This document shows, one piece after another, positions 48,351 through 57,667 of a stretch of DNA of 64,000 bases. The DNA is taken from the IMG/VR virus record IMGVR_UViG_3300033153_007660, positions 1,071 through 65,070 of that record; one strand, 5' to 3'. The notes below the pieces were generated by a model that saw nothing but the letters and a program-made list of their open reading frames with translations, did not search any database and had not been told where the DNA came from. The translations under genes and the position numbers were made by a program. The stretch is from a virus. Taxonomy: Duplodnaviria > Caudoviricetes. Numbering within the stretch: position 1 is the stretch's first letter; each line of letters begins with the position of its first letter.

Positions 48351-49032
48351 GACAGGCCCTATCCCTGTCACTACCAGCCCTCGAGACACCTGTCCCAAGC
48401 GTTGCCCACTAAAGGATAGTGGCTGCTATGCTGATGGTGGACCTCTGCGCTACCACTGGGACGAAGTAAGCAAGGAAAACAGAGGAGAGGACTGGGCTAC
48501 ATTCATAGCTAAAATCAGGGAGCTTCCTGATGGTCAGCTATGGAGACATAACCAGGCCGGGGATCTAAAAGGAAAGAGCCGATCACTAAGGATTGACAAG
48601 CAAGCGCTAAACCAGCTATGCTCCGCTAACGAGAAGAAGAGAGGGTTCACGTATACCCACTATCAGGTTCTCGAACCTGGACTTACTTCGGAGTGGAACA
48701 AAGATGCCATTAGCAAAGCTAACGCTCGAGGCTTTACTGTCAATCTTTCTGCCGATTCTTTGGGAGAAGCTGATCGATTGGCTGAGCTCAACATCGGACC
48801 GGTTACTACAACGGTACCAAGCACGACAACTAGCACGACTCTACGTACACCTGGTGGCCGCAAAGTCCTAGTCTGTCCTGCTGCACGCAATGACAAGAAG
48901 AGACCTACCTGTGAGGCCTGTGGCCTCTGTGCTACCCAGCGAAAAGCAATCATTGGCTTCCCTGCCCATGGCTTTAGAAAAGCAACCATTGATCAAAGCC
49001 TTGACCGCATGCAAGCGGTGATGGAGGACTAA
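48313..49032 (+). CDS. Cys-rich phage protein (radical-SAM-like)
   Basis: NSKTGPIP, CPKRCPL..GCYA, WRHNQAGD, FTYTH, CPA, CEACGLC. Confidence 0.6.
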   Translation: MKYHITKKSTNSKTGPIPVTTSPRDTCPKRCPLKDSGCYADGGPLRYHWDEVSKENRGEDWATFIAKIRELPDGQLWRHNQAGDLKGKSRSLRIDKQALNQLCSANEKKRGFTYTHYQVLEPGLTSEWNKDAISKANARGFTVNLSADSLGEADRLAELNIGPVTTTVPSTTTSTTLRTPGGRKVLVCPAARNDKKRPTCEACGLCATQRKAIIGFPAHGFRKATIDQSLDRMQAVMED

Positions 49033-49101
49033 GTTCGTGAATGCCTCTATCTGTACAGAACAGTACCAACCGGACAATGCTCCGATAGTAGTGGACATCT
49101 A

Positions 49102-49620
49102 ATGAGAACAGACAGAACAACCTGGGACGACACCAACATGCTCATAGCTATGGTTATGGCAAGACGTAGTCCTGATCCTAATACATGTGTTGGAACCTAT
49201 GTAGTAGGGCCAGACAACAGGCCTCTAGGTATAGGGTACAACGGGACCCCAAAGGGTATCTCTCCTTCTCGTATCCCCTGGAACAGAGATTGGGCAAAGG
49301 GCTCAGATGACCAGCTAAACACCAAGTACCCGTACATAGAGCATGCCGAGAGGAACGCAATAGGTAATTCCAAGGCAGACCTTACTGGCGCAAAGTTATA
49401 TGCTACACTGTACCCATGTGACAGCTGTGCCAAGGCTATCATACAGGCAGGAATCAAAGAAGTAATCTACCTCGACAACAAGTACGAAGACCAATGGTTT
49501 ACCAAAGCGGCAGCATGGATGTTGTCAGAAGTAGATATCCACACGAGGCAACACCAATGGCACCAGTCGATTCTCTCGAACCTGGAAACAATTCAAAACA
49601 CTATTCATTCGATGATCTAG
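49102..49620 (+). CDS. dCMP deaminase
   Basis: RSPDP, GYNG, HAERNA, PCDSC, IIQAGI. Confidence 0.93.
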   Translation: MRTDRTTWDDTNMLIAMVMARRSPDPNTCVGTYVVGPDNRPLGIGYNGTPKGISPSRIPWNRDWAKGSDDQLNTKYPYIEHAERNAIGNSKADLTGAKLYATLYPCDSCAKAIIQAGIKEVIYLDNKYEDQWFTKAAAWMLSEVDIHTRQHQWHQSILSNLETIQNTIHSMI

Positions 49621-49979
49621 TTCTCTGTGGTTACGGAAGACCGAGGGACATAACAGGCTTCTCTCTTCGAGAAGCAGTGCCTCAGTTTGACTGGGCTAAG
49701 GGCAAAAGAGTAGTTGAAATCTCCTTTTCGAGAAAAGAATACTTAGATGGGGGAATGCCTAATGGCCCATATTCAATCATAATTCACTCAGTAACAAACA
49801 GAGAAGTACTACTCTCTGAACTCTACATCGTAGATATAGTTGGAGACACACTAGCCCTGATAGGCGCGGCAGACCAATCACTCATTGCATTCGAAGAGAA
49901 GATAAAAAGGATGGAAGAAGAGGAGCGAAAGCACCCCGGTCTCGTACGAATGAGACTAATGGTGCAGGAGGATGAGTAA
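49494..49979 (+). CDS. hypothetical protein (start uncertain)
   Basis: Fills the gap before phoH. Confidence 0.5.
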   Translation: MVYQSGSMDVVRSRYPHEATPMAPVDSLEPGNNSKHYSFDDLVLCGYGRPRDITGFSLREAVPQFDWAKGKRVVEISFSRKEYLDGGMPNGPYSIIIHSVTNREVLLSELYIVDIVGDTLALIGAADQSLIAFEEKIKRMEEEERKHPGLVRMRLMVQEDE

Positions 49980-50846
49980 GTGGCACAATCTTACACTGGA
50001 GTCAGAGTAATAGAGGTTAGACCAGAAATTATCAGCGAGCTCTACAGTGAGAAGTCCATTAGCGTCAATTTCAACAAGAACTACAAGTTCTTCCAGAACG
50101 AATACATAGTAGTCAAGTCAGGCGGACAGCAGTCAGCTCTCACCAGGGTGGTAGGAGATAAGCTGGCTCTGCTACGCTTTCCAGATAGCTTCGCGGTTAG
50201 TGGAGTCTCTCCACGCAACAAAGAGCAAAAGATGGCCTTCGATGCCCTCATAGATGATCGTATCAAGGTCGTAGTACTAACGGGAAAGGCAGGGACAGGA
50301 AAGACCTTGCTCACCCTTGCAGCAGCACTGCACAAGATAGAAGAGAAACAGAACACCTTCAAGAAGATCATCCTGACCCGCCCAATGTCCTGGGTAGGGA
50401 AGCATGGTCTAGGAGCTCTCCCTGGTGATGTCGACGAGAAGTTCGGTCCATACCTAGAGAACTACATGTGCAACATCTCTCACCTCTTGGGTGATGATGA
50501 ACGTAAGATAGGCATAGCAACTGATGCGTACAACATGGAGTTCGTTCCTCTCCAGCTGATCAGGGGAGCTAGCTGGGCTAACACCTGGATCATAGCTGAC
50601 GAGTGTCAGGTGCTAGACTTCCAGGAGTTCGTTGCCCTGGGGACTAGAGTAGGAGAGGGGTCAAAGATAGTGATCATGGGAGACCTCGGACAAAGAGACG
50701 AGAAGATACCTAAAGAGAAGACGGGTATCTACAGGTTCATCAATGATCGCAACGTACAAGAGAGTCAACTAGTGGCTTCTCTAGAGCTTCTCAAGTGTGA
50801 GCGCAGCGCAGTAGCTGAGCTCTTTGCCTCAGTATTCAATGTCTAA
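49980..50846 (+). CDS. phoH: PhoH-like ATPase
   Basis: PRNKEQ, GKAGTGKT, LGALPGD, RGAS, ADECQ, TRVGEGSK, GDLGQ. Confidence 0.9.
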   Translation: MAQSYTGVRVIEVRPEIISELYSEKSISVNFNKNYKFFQNEYIVVKSGGQQSALTRVVGDKLALLRFPDSFAVSGVSPRNKEQKMAFDALIDDRIKVVVLTGKAGTGKTLLTLAAALHKIEEKQNTFKKIILTRPMSWVGKHGLGALPGDVDEKFGPYLENYMCNISHLLGDDERKIGIATDAYNMEFVPLQLIRGASWANTWIIADECQVLDFQEFVALGTRVGEGSKIVIMGDLGQRDEKIPKEKTGIYRFINDRNVQESQLVASLELLKCERSAVAELFASVFNV

Positions 50847-51086
50847 ATGGCTTTTGATAGTATAGGAAGGTACACAATGCCAAGAGATTTTCCTATCATT
50901 GCTTCAAAGGGAGAGGTGAGGTTCGACACAGAAACTGCAACCTTCTGGATGTATGATGAGGGATGGCAGAACCTTGGACTCACTAAAGAAGAGGCCACTA
51001 CTCTTCAGAGTAAATATAAGGAAAATCTTGCTCAGCTAGAAACCAAGCTCAAGAAGGATTATCTAGACGAGAAGATGAAAGGTTAG
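50847..51086 (+). CDS. small hypothetical protein ending YLDEKMKG
   Basis: ORF track. Confidence 0.6.
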   Translation: MAFDSIGRYTMPRDFPIIASKGEVRFDTETATFWMYDEGWQNLGLTKEEATTLQSKYKENLAQLETKLKKDYLDEKMKG

Positions 51087-51089
51087 CAG

Positions 51090-51311
51090 ATGCTTCCTAA
51101 ATTCCCAGAGCACGGGGATGTCGGTCTCGATGACGAGACGCCCATGTTCTACGACGGATACGCTAAAGAATGGTTACCTATCCTTATCAACAGTAAGGGA
51201 GAAGCGTGGACCAGAAGAGACCTAATCCCTAGAGGATACATCTGTGAGCTGATTCAAGAGGAGATAGTTGTTCCCCAACCAAACTATCTGGATCAGAAAA
51301 TGAAAGGCTAG
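51090..51311 (+). CDS. small hypothetical protein ending YLDQKMKG
   Basis: ORF track. Confidence 0.6.
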   Translation: MLPKFPEHGDVGLDDETPMFYDGYAKEWLPILINSKGEAWTRRDLIPRGYICELIQEEIVVPQPNYLDQKMKG

Positions 51312-51313
51312 TA

Positions 51314-51964
51314 ATGAGACCCATCGAAAACAAGGACGAAGTAGAATTCGTCAGTACAGAGAGTTTGCGCCTGTCCCTAACAAGTAGGGGATGCAGGCTT
51401 TGTGAGCTGGGATTCCAGCCCGAGATCAATGGCTGTTGTGTGGCCAGAGGACCTGACTCTGCGATCAAGATGATCGTAGGTGAGGCCCCTGGAAAAGAGG
51501 AAGACTCTACACGTCAACCCTTCACTGGCCCTGCCGGTAAGCTTCTAGATGAAATCTGGAATGCTGTTGGCATGAAGACCAGTGACTGGTACCTCACCAA
51601 CGTGGTCTTATGTAGACCGGTAGCCAAGAAGGATTCAGGGAAGGAAAACCACACACCTCACGTGGCACAGAGGCGCAACTGTAGACCGTTCCTAGACGCT
51701 CAGATTTCGCTTGTGAAGCCCAAAATCATCGTCACCCTGGGCAAGGTAGCATCAGAGGCCATCCTGGGCCCTGACATGGTCCCTAGGATCGGTGACGTAA
51801 GAGGTAAAATCTTTAGGGAGTTCAAGGCTTTGGTGTTCCCAATGCTACACCCAGCTGCTATACTCCACTCTTCATCTAACCCCAAACAGATGAAGAAGTA
51901 CAAGCAACAAACCTGGGATGATGTACGATCCCTCAAGAGACTAATTGATAAGGAGAACATCTAA
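51314..51964 (+). CDS. uracil-DNA glycosylase family 4
   Basis: CRLC, VGEAPG.EED, PF.G.AG, NVVLCRP, HPAA. Confidence 0.92.
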   Translation: MRPIENKDEVEFVSTESLRLSLTSRGCRLCELGFQPEINGCCVARGPDSAIKMIVGEAPGKEEDSTRQPFTGPAGKLLDEIWNAVGMKTSDWYLTNVVLCRPVAKKDSGKENHTPHVAQRRNCRPFLDAQISLVKPKIIVTLGKVASEAILGPDMVPRIGDVRGKIFREFKALVFPMLHPAAILHSSSNPKQMKKYKQQTWDDVRSLKRLIDKENI

Positions 51965-51965
51965 A

Positions 51966-52493
51966 ATGGATGACAACGTAATCGATCTACCGACCTCGAG
52001 AACAGAGGACAATACAACTGAGCCAGCAGCTCCAGTCGTAGAGAACCTAGAGGATCAGCTAGAGAAGCGGTCCGAGAAGAGTGCAGAGTTCATGGTTGAT
52101 CTCATGGACAAGCAGCGCAAGGAAGGCCTCGAACTACTTCTCAAGAAGCTCGAGGGACTGAGCAGCAGCCGCGAGGTCCTTGACGATGCAAAGGCTGAGA
52201 ATGTTACCAGGTTCCTGGGACAGGGACTAGGGGCTAGCTCTCAGACCCTTCAGGCACTGAGTGCATTGATCGATGTGCTTGTTCATGATGTCGGTGTTAC
52301 CGTCCAGAACATCCATCGCCACGCAATGGGACTAGAGCAGATCTCTACTCATCTCCAAGCGCTAATGAACCTCGCCCTTGAGAAGGGCATCGTTACCGAG
52401 GAAGAGATGAGGGAAGAGGTAGGGAAGGTCCTGAATCCAGAACCTCCTACCAGTCCTGAGAAGGAAGACGAGTCTGTTACAGAGGAGGTGTAA
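51966..52493 (+). CDS. hypothetical protein (last + strand gene)
   Basis: AGGAG RBS. Confidence 0.7.
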   Translation: MDDNVIDLPTSRTEDNTTEPAAPVVENLEDQLEKRSEKSAEFMVDLMDKQRKEGLELLLKKLEGLSSSREVLDDAKAENVTRFLGQGLGASSQTLQALSALIDVLVHDVGVTVQNIHRHAMGLEQISTHLQALMNLALEKGIVTEEEMREEVGKVLNPEPPTSPEKEDESVTEEV

Positions 52494-52716
52494 AGGTCAG
52501 CTCAATATACTGGCCTGCTACATAATGCATCTCTGTAATTAGAGGCTTACTTCGTAGCACATGAGCGAGTGTCTGCGCCACCTCATCGATGGATCGCTTA
52601 TGCAGGTCCTCGATGCCAGGTGGGTAGACACGCTCGGTCTTACTTCCACCACTCTTTCCCTGCTCACTCAACATCTCTCTCACATGATCAGACTGATCTC
52701 TTTTATGCATTACCAT
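52477..52716 (-). CDS. hypothetical protein
   Basis: Last gene of the - strand block; AGGAG RBS. Confidence 0.55.
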   Translation of the reverse strand: MVMHKRDQSDHVREMLSEQGKSGGSKTERVYPPGIEDLHKRSIDEVAQTLAHVLRSKPLITEMHYVAGQYIELTFTPPL

Positions 52717-53233
52717 AATGGCTCCTTAGTTGCCCGAAGATCTCTTCGAGGCGAGTTCTGATAGTCTTTCTATCCTTCTGCAATATCTCTGCTATCTCAT
52801 TTATAGACTTTTCTTGTCCATATTTCAAGTAGATTAGGTACTTCTCCCACTTAGTCAGAGGGAGATCCGTAGTCGTTATCCAAGAGAAATCCCATGAAGA
52901 TGTAGCAGGGTCATAGCGACCTATTTCATCAGTTTCGTGTCCGATACCTTGTAGCCAGTCTCTGAGTCCCCACACTGATCGTCGGAGTAGATAGGATCGA
53001 AGGCGAGAGTTTGGCTTGTTTTGCACATACTGGGCGTAGTAATCGGTCCAAAGCATCGCGAGCTGTTGGCGAAAATCTTCTTCTTCCAACTGTCCATATA
53101 GATCTGCGCTAATACAGCGTCCAATGGCCCTAATGTGCCCCTTGGTGGAGGGAATAGGTCGAGCTGTATAGGCTCGCCAGGCTGCTTCAACCAGATCCTC
53201 ATAGTCGCTCCTATACTCTGTGAAGATGTCCAT
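52703..53233 (-). CDS. sigma-factor-like protein (region 4 HTH)
   Basis: EEEDFRQ, LTKWEK...YGQEKSINEIAEIL...RKTIR. Confidence 0.6.
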   Translation of the reverse strand: MDIFTEYRSDYEDLVEAAWRAYTARPIPSTKGHIRAIGRCISADLYGQLEEEDFRQQLAMLWTDYYAQYVQNKPNSRLRSYLLRRSVWGLRDWLQGIGHETDEIGRYDPATSSWDFSWITTTDLPLTKWEKYLIYLKYGQEKSINEIAEILQKDRKTIRTRLEEIFGQLRSHYGNA

Positions 53234-53234
53234 G

Positions 53235-53810
53235 CTATTCCCAGTGGGGAAGAGTGGTTTTGTGTATCTTATCGAGCTGATTGATATAGGCCATGCGCGG
53301 CACGCCTAGACTTTCGAAGAACTTGTCAGCTTTGGTACCAGGCCGACCAACGATAGCTCTCATCCTAGCGAACTCCAGAGGATAGAACTTCTTAAAGCGC
53401 CTGATGGCTGTCATCCCCTTGGCATCCAACATTCCCTTCACTTCCACCCATAATGCCCCTACCTTGAAGTCTGGACAGTAGCTCACTGTACCTCTCTTGA
53501 TCCCGTGCTCGAGGAACGAGAATACCTGCGGCTCATACTGCCATTGCATTCCCTTAAAGTTGAACCAACGAGCTACGTTAGCTTCCCAGTTAGAGCGGAA
53601 GAACTGCTTGAGATCAGCTCTCTTACCAATGACAGACCTTCTGCCCATCTTCTTGGTGACCTTTTTACCGTCGAGCTCGTCGCACTTCCTGTTCACAGCG
53701 GCCCTGGACTTAGCAAGTGCCAGAGAGAGCTGGTTAATGGACATCGTGGTTCGATTAGCTTTTAGGAAGTCAGTCTCTACAGGAGACCAGACTACTTTAT
53801 GAAATCTCAT
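53235..53810 (-). CDS. PD-(D/E)XK endonuclease
   Basis: FRSNWEAN, YEP, YCPDF, VEVKG. Confidence 0.8.
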   Translation of the reverse strand: MRFHKVVWSPVETDFLKANRTTMSINQLSLALAKSRAAVNRKCDELDGKKVTKKMGRRSVIGKRADLKQFFRSNWEANVARWFNFKGMQWQYEPQVFSFLEHGIKRGTVSYCPDFKVGALWVEVKGMLDAKGMTAIRRFKKFYPLEFARMRAIVGRPGTKADKFFESLGVPRMAYINQLDKIHKTTLPHWE

Positions 53811-53816
53811 GCAATT

Positions 53817-54509
53817 CTATTCCCTTTCTGCTAGATAGCTCTGGAAAGCAGCTTTAGATATGGGTCCCCAAAGACCGTCGATAGAATTATTGTAGTATCT
53901 ATGCATGAGCAGACAGAGCTGTACATACTTGATGACTCTTGACCTGACTTCGTCCATATCTACCCGCAGACCTGGACAAGTCTTCCTTAGCTTCCTGCTC
54001 CCCTTGAACCAGAACCAACCAGTATGCTTGAGCTCTCTGTGTCCCACTATGTTTGTGGGTTCAACACCTAGCTTCAGACAGAGAGAACCACATGCTCGCA
54101 TGAGACTCTTGATCTGCTTTTCCTTAGGAGCATAGTAGTCAGCTCCAAAGCCATCACTGACTCGGAAAACTAAGGCTAGTCCAACTGAACCCGTGTTCCA
54201 AGGGCCAACATGCCAGGCCACTTCCTCATAGGGAAGGGTTTTGTGCCACTCGCTATTAGGCATGATGAGACCATGGTAGGTGATAGCTGGGCAACCAGTG
54301 CTAGAGATATGATTAGGACCAATGTCGTAAGCAGCTAGTTCTTCTGCGGTACAATCCCAGTCGGTAGTATGTACAACGATGCGCTTGATGTCAGAGACAC
54401 TGCGCGTAGCATACTTCTTTTTTGTGTGCCTTGGCAGGCTACCTGAAATATCAACTGGCTGCATATCGCAAGGAAGAACCTCCGCATCAGCAGTATTAAC
54501 GTCCGTCAT
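53817..54509 (-). CDS. N-acetylmuramoyl-L-alanine amidase (endolysin) with PG-binding tail
   Basis: IVVHTT, YHGLI, AWHVG, GHRE, KTCPG, IDGLWGP. Confidence 0.85.
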   Translation of the reverse strand: MTDVNTADAEVLPCDMQPVDISGSLPRHTKKKYATRSVSDIKRIVVHTTDWDCTAEELAAYDIGPNHISSTGCPAITYHGLIMPNSEWHKTLPYEEVAWHVGPWNTGSVGLALVFRVSDGFGADYYAPKEKQIKSLMRACGSLCLKLGVEPTNIVGHRELKHTGWFWFKGSRKLRKTCPGLRVDMDEVRSRVIKYVQLCLLMHRYYNNSIDGLWGPISKAAFQSYLAERE

Positions 54510-55116
54510 CTCTTTCCTTTCGTTCCTTAAGCTCTCTGTATCTATGGCGACGATATTCACGCGCCTTATCGAGCTCCTCTCTATGCTTCTCCGACTCGAG
54601 ATGTTCTTGACGTCTCTTCTTAGCCCTCCGTAGAAGCTCGCTCTTGATCTCCTGTTGTTTCCCATAGTGTTCATCTTTCTGTACATCTTCCTCAACAAGG
54701 CAGATGCCACCAGCTTTTATGATCATATCATAGATATACTGCTCATCTATCAGATTCTCATCTGTATAGGGAATCTCTACGTATGTGAATCCTGCAGCTA
54801 GTGCTGATGCTTTCTTTTGTCTATCTCTAATCTGTCCGTCTCTGAATGCCTGGTCGGCGACCTCATGATCTCCACCAAAGGCAACAGGTTCGTAATGTTG
54901 CTTGCCATGACACTCTATAACTATCTTGAGGCCTGGGATGACCCAATCAAAGTGCTGGCTACCAAAGGGGTAGTCGTTCGCTACCCTACAGACCGGGTAC
55001 TCCTGGTAAATTTGCCAGTTCTTAAAGATCTCGGAGTTTCTCAAAGCATCCCCCACTCTACGGTGAAGTGCCGAAGCATTCTCTCGATAAGAATGCCTAA
55101 ATCTCGAGGTCTTCAT
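54496..55116 (-). CDS. Vsr/DUF559-like endonuclease
   Basis: QEY, FDWVI, IECHGKQHY, RDRQKK, EIPY. Confidence 0.75.
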   Translation of the reverse strand: MKTSRFRHSYRENASALHRRVGDALRNSEIFKNWQIYQEYPVCRVANDYPFGSQHFDWVIPGLKIVIECHGKQHYEPVAFGGDHEVADQAFRDGQIRDRQKKASALAAGFTYVEIPYTDENLIDEQYIYDMIIKAGGICLVEEDVQKDEHYGKQQEIKSELLRRAKKRRQEHLESEKHREELDKAREYRRHRYRELKERKERDDGR

Positions 55117-55314
55117 CTGTTCCTCCTACTGTCTCATCTATGTAATCAGTTATGGACTTGGCGAGCTCACCTGAGAGCTTCTCAATGACCTCCTCTACTG
55201 GGTCAGCTGCTACGCTAGTCATTCTGCACTCAGCAAGAGTTCTTTCGTACCTAAGACCCTTGATAGCCTTGTGCAAGCTTATCCAATGCCTTACCCTCTT
55301 CTCTGCAATATTCA

Positions 55315-55689
55315 TTATGTAGTTGTAAAGTAGTCAACTGGGTTTCGCAAGAACTGCCCTGATGTATCGAGCTGGATCCCAGTCGTCTCTAACTGATTAG
55401 CCCCAGAGATAACCATACCCCAGGGGGCTGGAACAATAGAACCGCGAGGTCGATCATACTCGTCGAGCTCGTACTCCATAAGATCTCGAGCTAGACTAGC
55501 AACCGAACCTCTTATCTCTGTTCGCAGCTTCTCTACCGTCTCCTTGTCAGGATTTTCTGTCCCTTCAAGCTCAGCAGCAATGTCCATGAATCTAGTGGCT
55601 GTTATGTCTTCCTTTTTATCTAGCTCTTCAACTGCCGAGAGAAGCTCACTTGCTTTCTTGATCAGATTCTTTAACGAGCTGGTATCCAT
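55315..55689 (-). CDS. hypothetical protein
   Basis: ORF track. Confidence 0.6.
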   Translation of the reverse strand: MDTSSLKNLIKKASELLSAVEELDKKEDITATRFMDIAAELEGTENPDKETVEKLRTEIRGSVASLARDLMEYELDEYDRPRGSIVPAPWGMVISGANQLETTGIQLDTSGQFLRNPVDYFTTT

Positions 55690-55997
55690 ACTTTCCCCGT
55701 TTCTGCCATTATCCCTGTCACCCTCTCCAGGTCAGTAATCTTCTGATCCTCTGCAAAACGGGCTAGGTCATTGGCTAGATGATCGTCCTTGATGAACTTA
55801 CAGTGGGCATAGACATCATTGCGCCAATCTACTGAGTTCAATACTACTTCCTCTATGTACACCTTTCCCTGGCAGGACCCTGCTCGACAGAGCATCACTA
55901 CGAACTCCCGGAGACCATACTCGATGGTCCCCAGGTGCATCATGTGAGGGTTCCCAGGTAGAGGAAAGATGTTAGAGTTTCTCGTTTTGAACCTCAT
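55671..55997 (-). CDS. hypothetical protein
   Basis: ORF track, GGAG RBS. Confidence 0.6.
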   Translation of the reverse strand: MRFKTRNSNIFPLPGNPHMMHLGTIEYGLREFVVMLCRAGSCQGKVYIEEVVLNSVDWRNDVYAHCKFIKDDHLANDLARFAEDQKITDLERVTGIMAETGKVWIPAR

Positions 55998-56331
55998 CCT
56001 CTCCCTTCCTGGTATCGTCCTTACCCTTCATGGTATCAATGAACTTAGTGTAGTCCTTTGCACCAAGGTCACGCGGGTTATGAAGGATACGAGGCTCAAT
56101 CATCCCACTGCATCTAACACAACGCAACAGAACATAGGGAACTAGGCCCGACTTTGGAGGAACAGACTGTCCTACAATCAGAGGCTGATGGTTAAGTGGA
56201 TACCTGTTGGCCAGTACCTCTTCGAAGAACTGGCTCCCACATTCCTTGCAGGTAATACACTCCAGGTCCTTCTTCTCTTCATGCCTCTCGAGCATCTGTC
56301 GTTGACGTTCGTAATCAGTCCACGTCTGCAT
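55972..56331 (-). CDS. Zn-ribbon protein
   Basis: CKECG...CVRC. Confidence 0.6.
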   Translation of the reverse strand: MQTWTDYERQRQMLERHEEKKDLECITCKECGSQFFEEVLANRYPLNHQPLIVGQSVPPKSGLVPYVLLRCVRCSGMIEPRILHNPRDLGAKDYTKFIDTMKGKDDTRKGEDEVQNEKL

Positions 56332-56475
56332 CTTCTTCTTCTCCTTCTTCCTCTTCTTCGCATTTACACTCATCTTTGGTGCAAGTGCATTCTGACTTTA
56401 CCACCATTAGGGGCTCAGTGTCATCGTCTTTGAGGACACCAACTAGCTTTCCTTTTTGATCCTTGATTTTTAGCA

Positions 56476-57189
56476 TTAGAGTATACACCTCCTAAAATAG
56501 GGACATTTTTGGCACTTCTCAGTCCGAGACGGGTAAGCAATACCAGCTTCAATAGACTTAACTAGCTGTCTGATCACTGTCTCTGTCCGCTTAATACCCT
56601 CACGAGTTACCGTAAAGCGCTTTAGCTCAAATCCTCCACTTGATCCAATACATAGAGCATTCACAGCAACCTGGTGACAGTGTAGATGACTATCTAGTAA
56701 CCAAGCTAACGTCCGTATCTCTAGGTTATTGTACATCTTTCTTTCTGTCTCGTCGATAGCTCTCACTATACTAATAGACACAGGGTTTGTTAGGTGAACA
56801 ACAGGGATCCATCCCTTTATGACGTACTGTCCTTGAAGCTCATACGATATATCCAGGTCGACATAGGCATCATCAGCCATATCCAGGTAGTAGGATTTAT
56901 ACCAACGCTGGAGAGACTTCAGGACATGTTCAGCAAGAAGCCTAGCCTCCTTAAATCTCTCCTCCTGGTCCACCTCAATGCCCGCGAACACTTTCTTGTC
57001 TACCCAACCTACTACTCGACGCCAATCGGCCTTCCAGCCTGTCTCAACGGCTTGTAAGCAGCATTTCTTAACGATATCTTCAACTATCCATTGTCGGACA
57101 GGAGCAGAGCTTCTCAGTGTATCAACACTAAAGCGGTAATATGCAGGGCACTCAGCGAATGCGCGGAGTTGTCTACTTGTTACTTGCAA
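56476..57189 (-). CDS. Cas4/RecB-like protein, nuclease core degenerate
   Basis: N-terminal ECP and C-terminal CQKCPY...C Fe-S-type cysteines. Confidence 0.6.
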   Translation of the reverse strand: MQVTSRQLRAFAECPAYYRFSVDTLRSSAPVRQWIVEDIVKKCCLQAVETGWKADWRRVVGWVDKKVFAGIEVDQEERFKEARLLAEHVLKSLQRWYKSYYLDMADDAYVDLDISYELQGQYVIKGWIPVVHLTNPVSISIVRAIDETERKMYNNLEIRTLAWLLDSHLHCHQVAVNALCIGSSGGFELKRFTVTREGIKRTETVIRQLVKSIEAGIAYPSRTEKCQKCPYFRRCIL

Positions 57190-57667
57190 TGGTAGTCTCT
57201 ACTTCTACCTTTACAAACTGGACTTTCTTCTCCTCGACCAGCTTCTGAAGGGCTTTCTGCTCTGCAGTCAGGCGTTTTCTTCCACCACTCTTGACCTCAA
57301 CGAAGTCAATCGTTCCCTCACGAGACTCAGTAGGTAGTTTGATACAGATAAAGTCAGCGATATTCCCTATCGGGATGATCCGATCATACTCTGCCCTCAA
57401 CTTGAGCACACTAACGAGCTCACCAAGGACTCCCTTGTTCGCGTTCACTGACCCCTGTACAGACTGGAGTACCTTGCTAGGAATACGCTGTACCTCACGT
57501 ACAAACGGAGCCATATCTACCTCTACATTGACTGGCTGAGGAGGAACAATAACTGGGTCACGATAGAGTATTGGCTTAACTATTGCCCTATGGGCAAATA
57601 TTCCTGCAAGCATAAAAAGGACAGCTGTAGAAAAGAGGGAAATAACGAGAACAAGGCTACTTATCAT
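57173..57667 (-). CDS. Holliday-junction-resolvase-like nuclease with N-terminal TM helix
   Basis: KGVLGE, ADFI, FVEVKSG, LTAEQ. Confidence 0.7.
   Translation of the reverse strand: MISSLVLVISLFSTAVLFMLAGIFAHRAIVKPILYRDPVIVPPQPVNVEVDMAPFVREVQRIPSKVLQSVQGSVNANKGVLGELVSVLKLRAEYDRIIPIGNIADFICIKLPTESREGTIDFVEVKSGGRKRLTAEQKALQKLVEEKKVQFVKVEVETTIASNK

Noticed and set aside
261-52253. Minus-strand ORFs in the left block and ORFs spanning tRNAs
   Set aside because: They are shadows of + strand genes or tRNAs and have no recognisable motifs.
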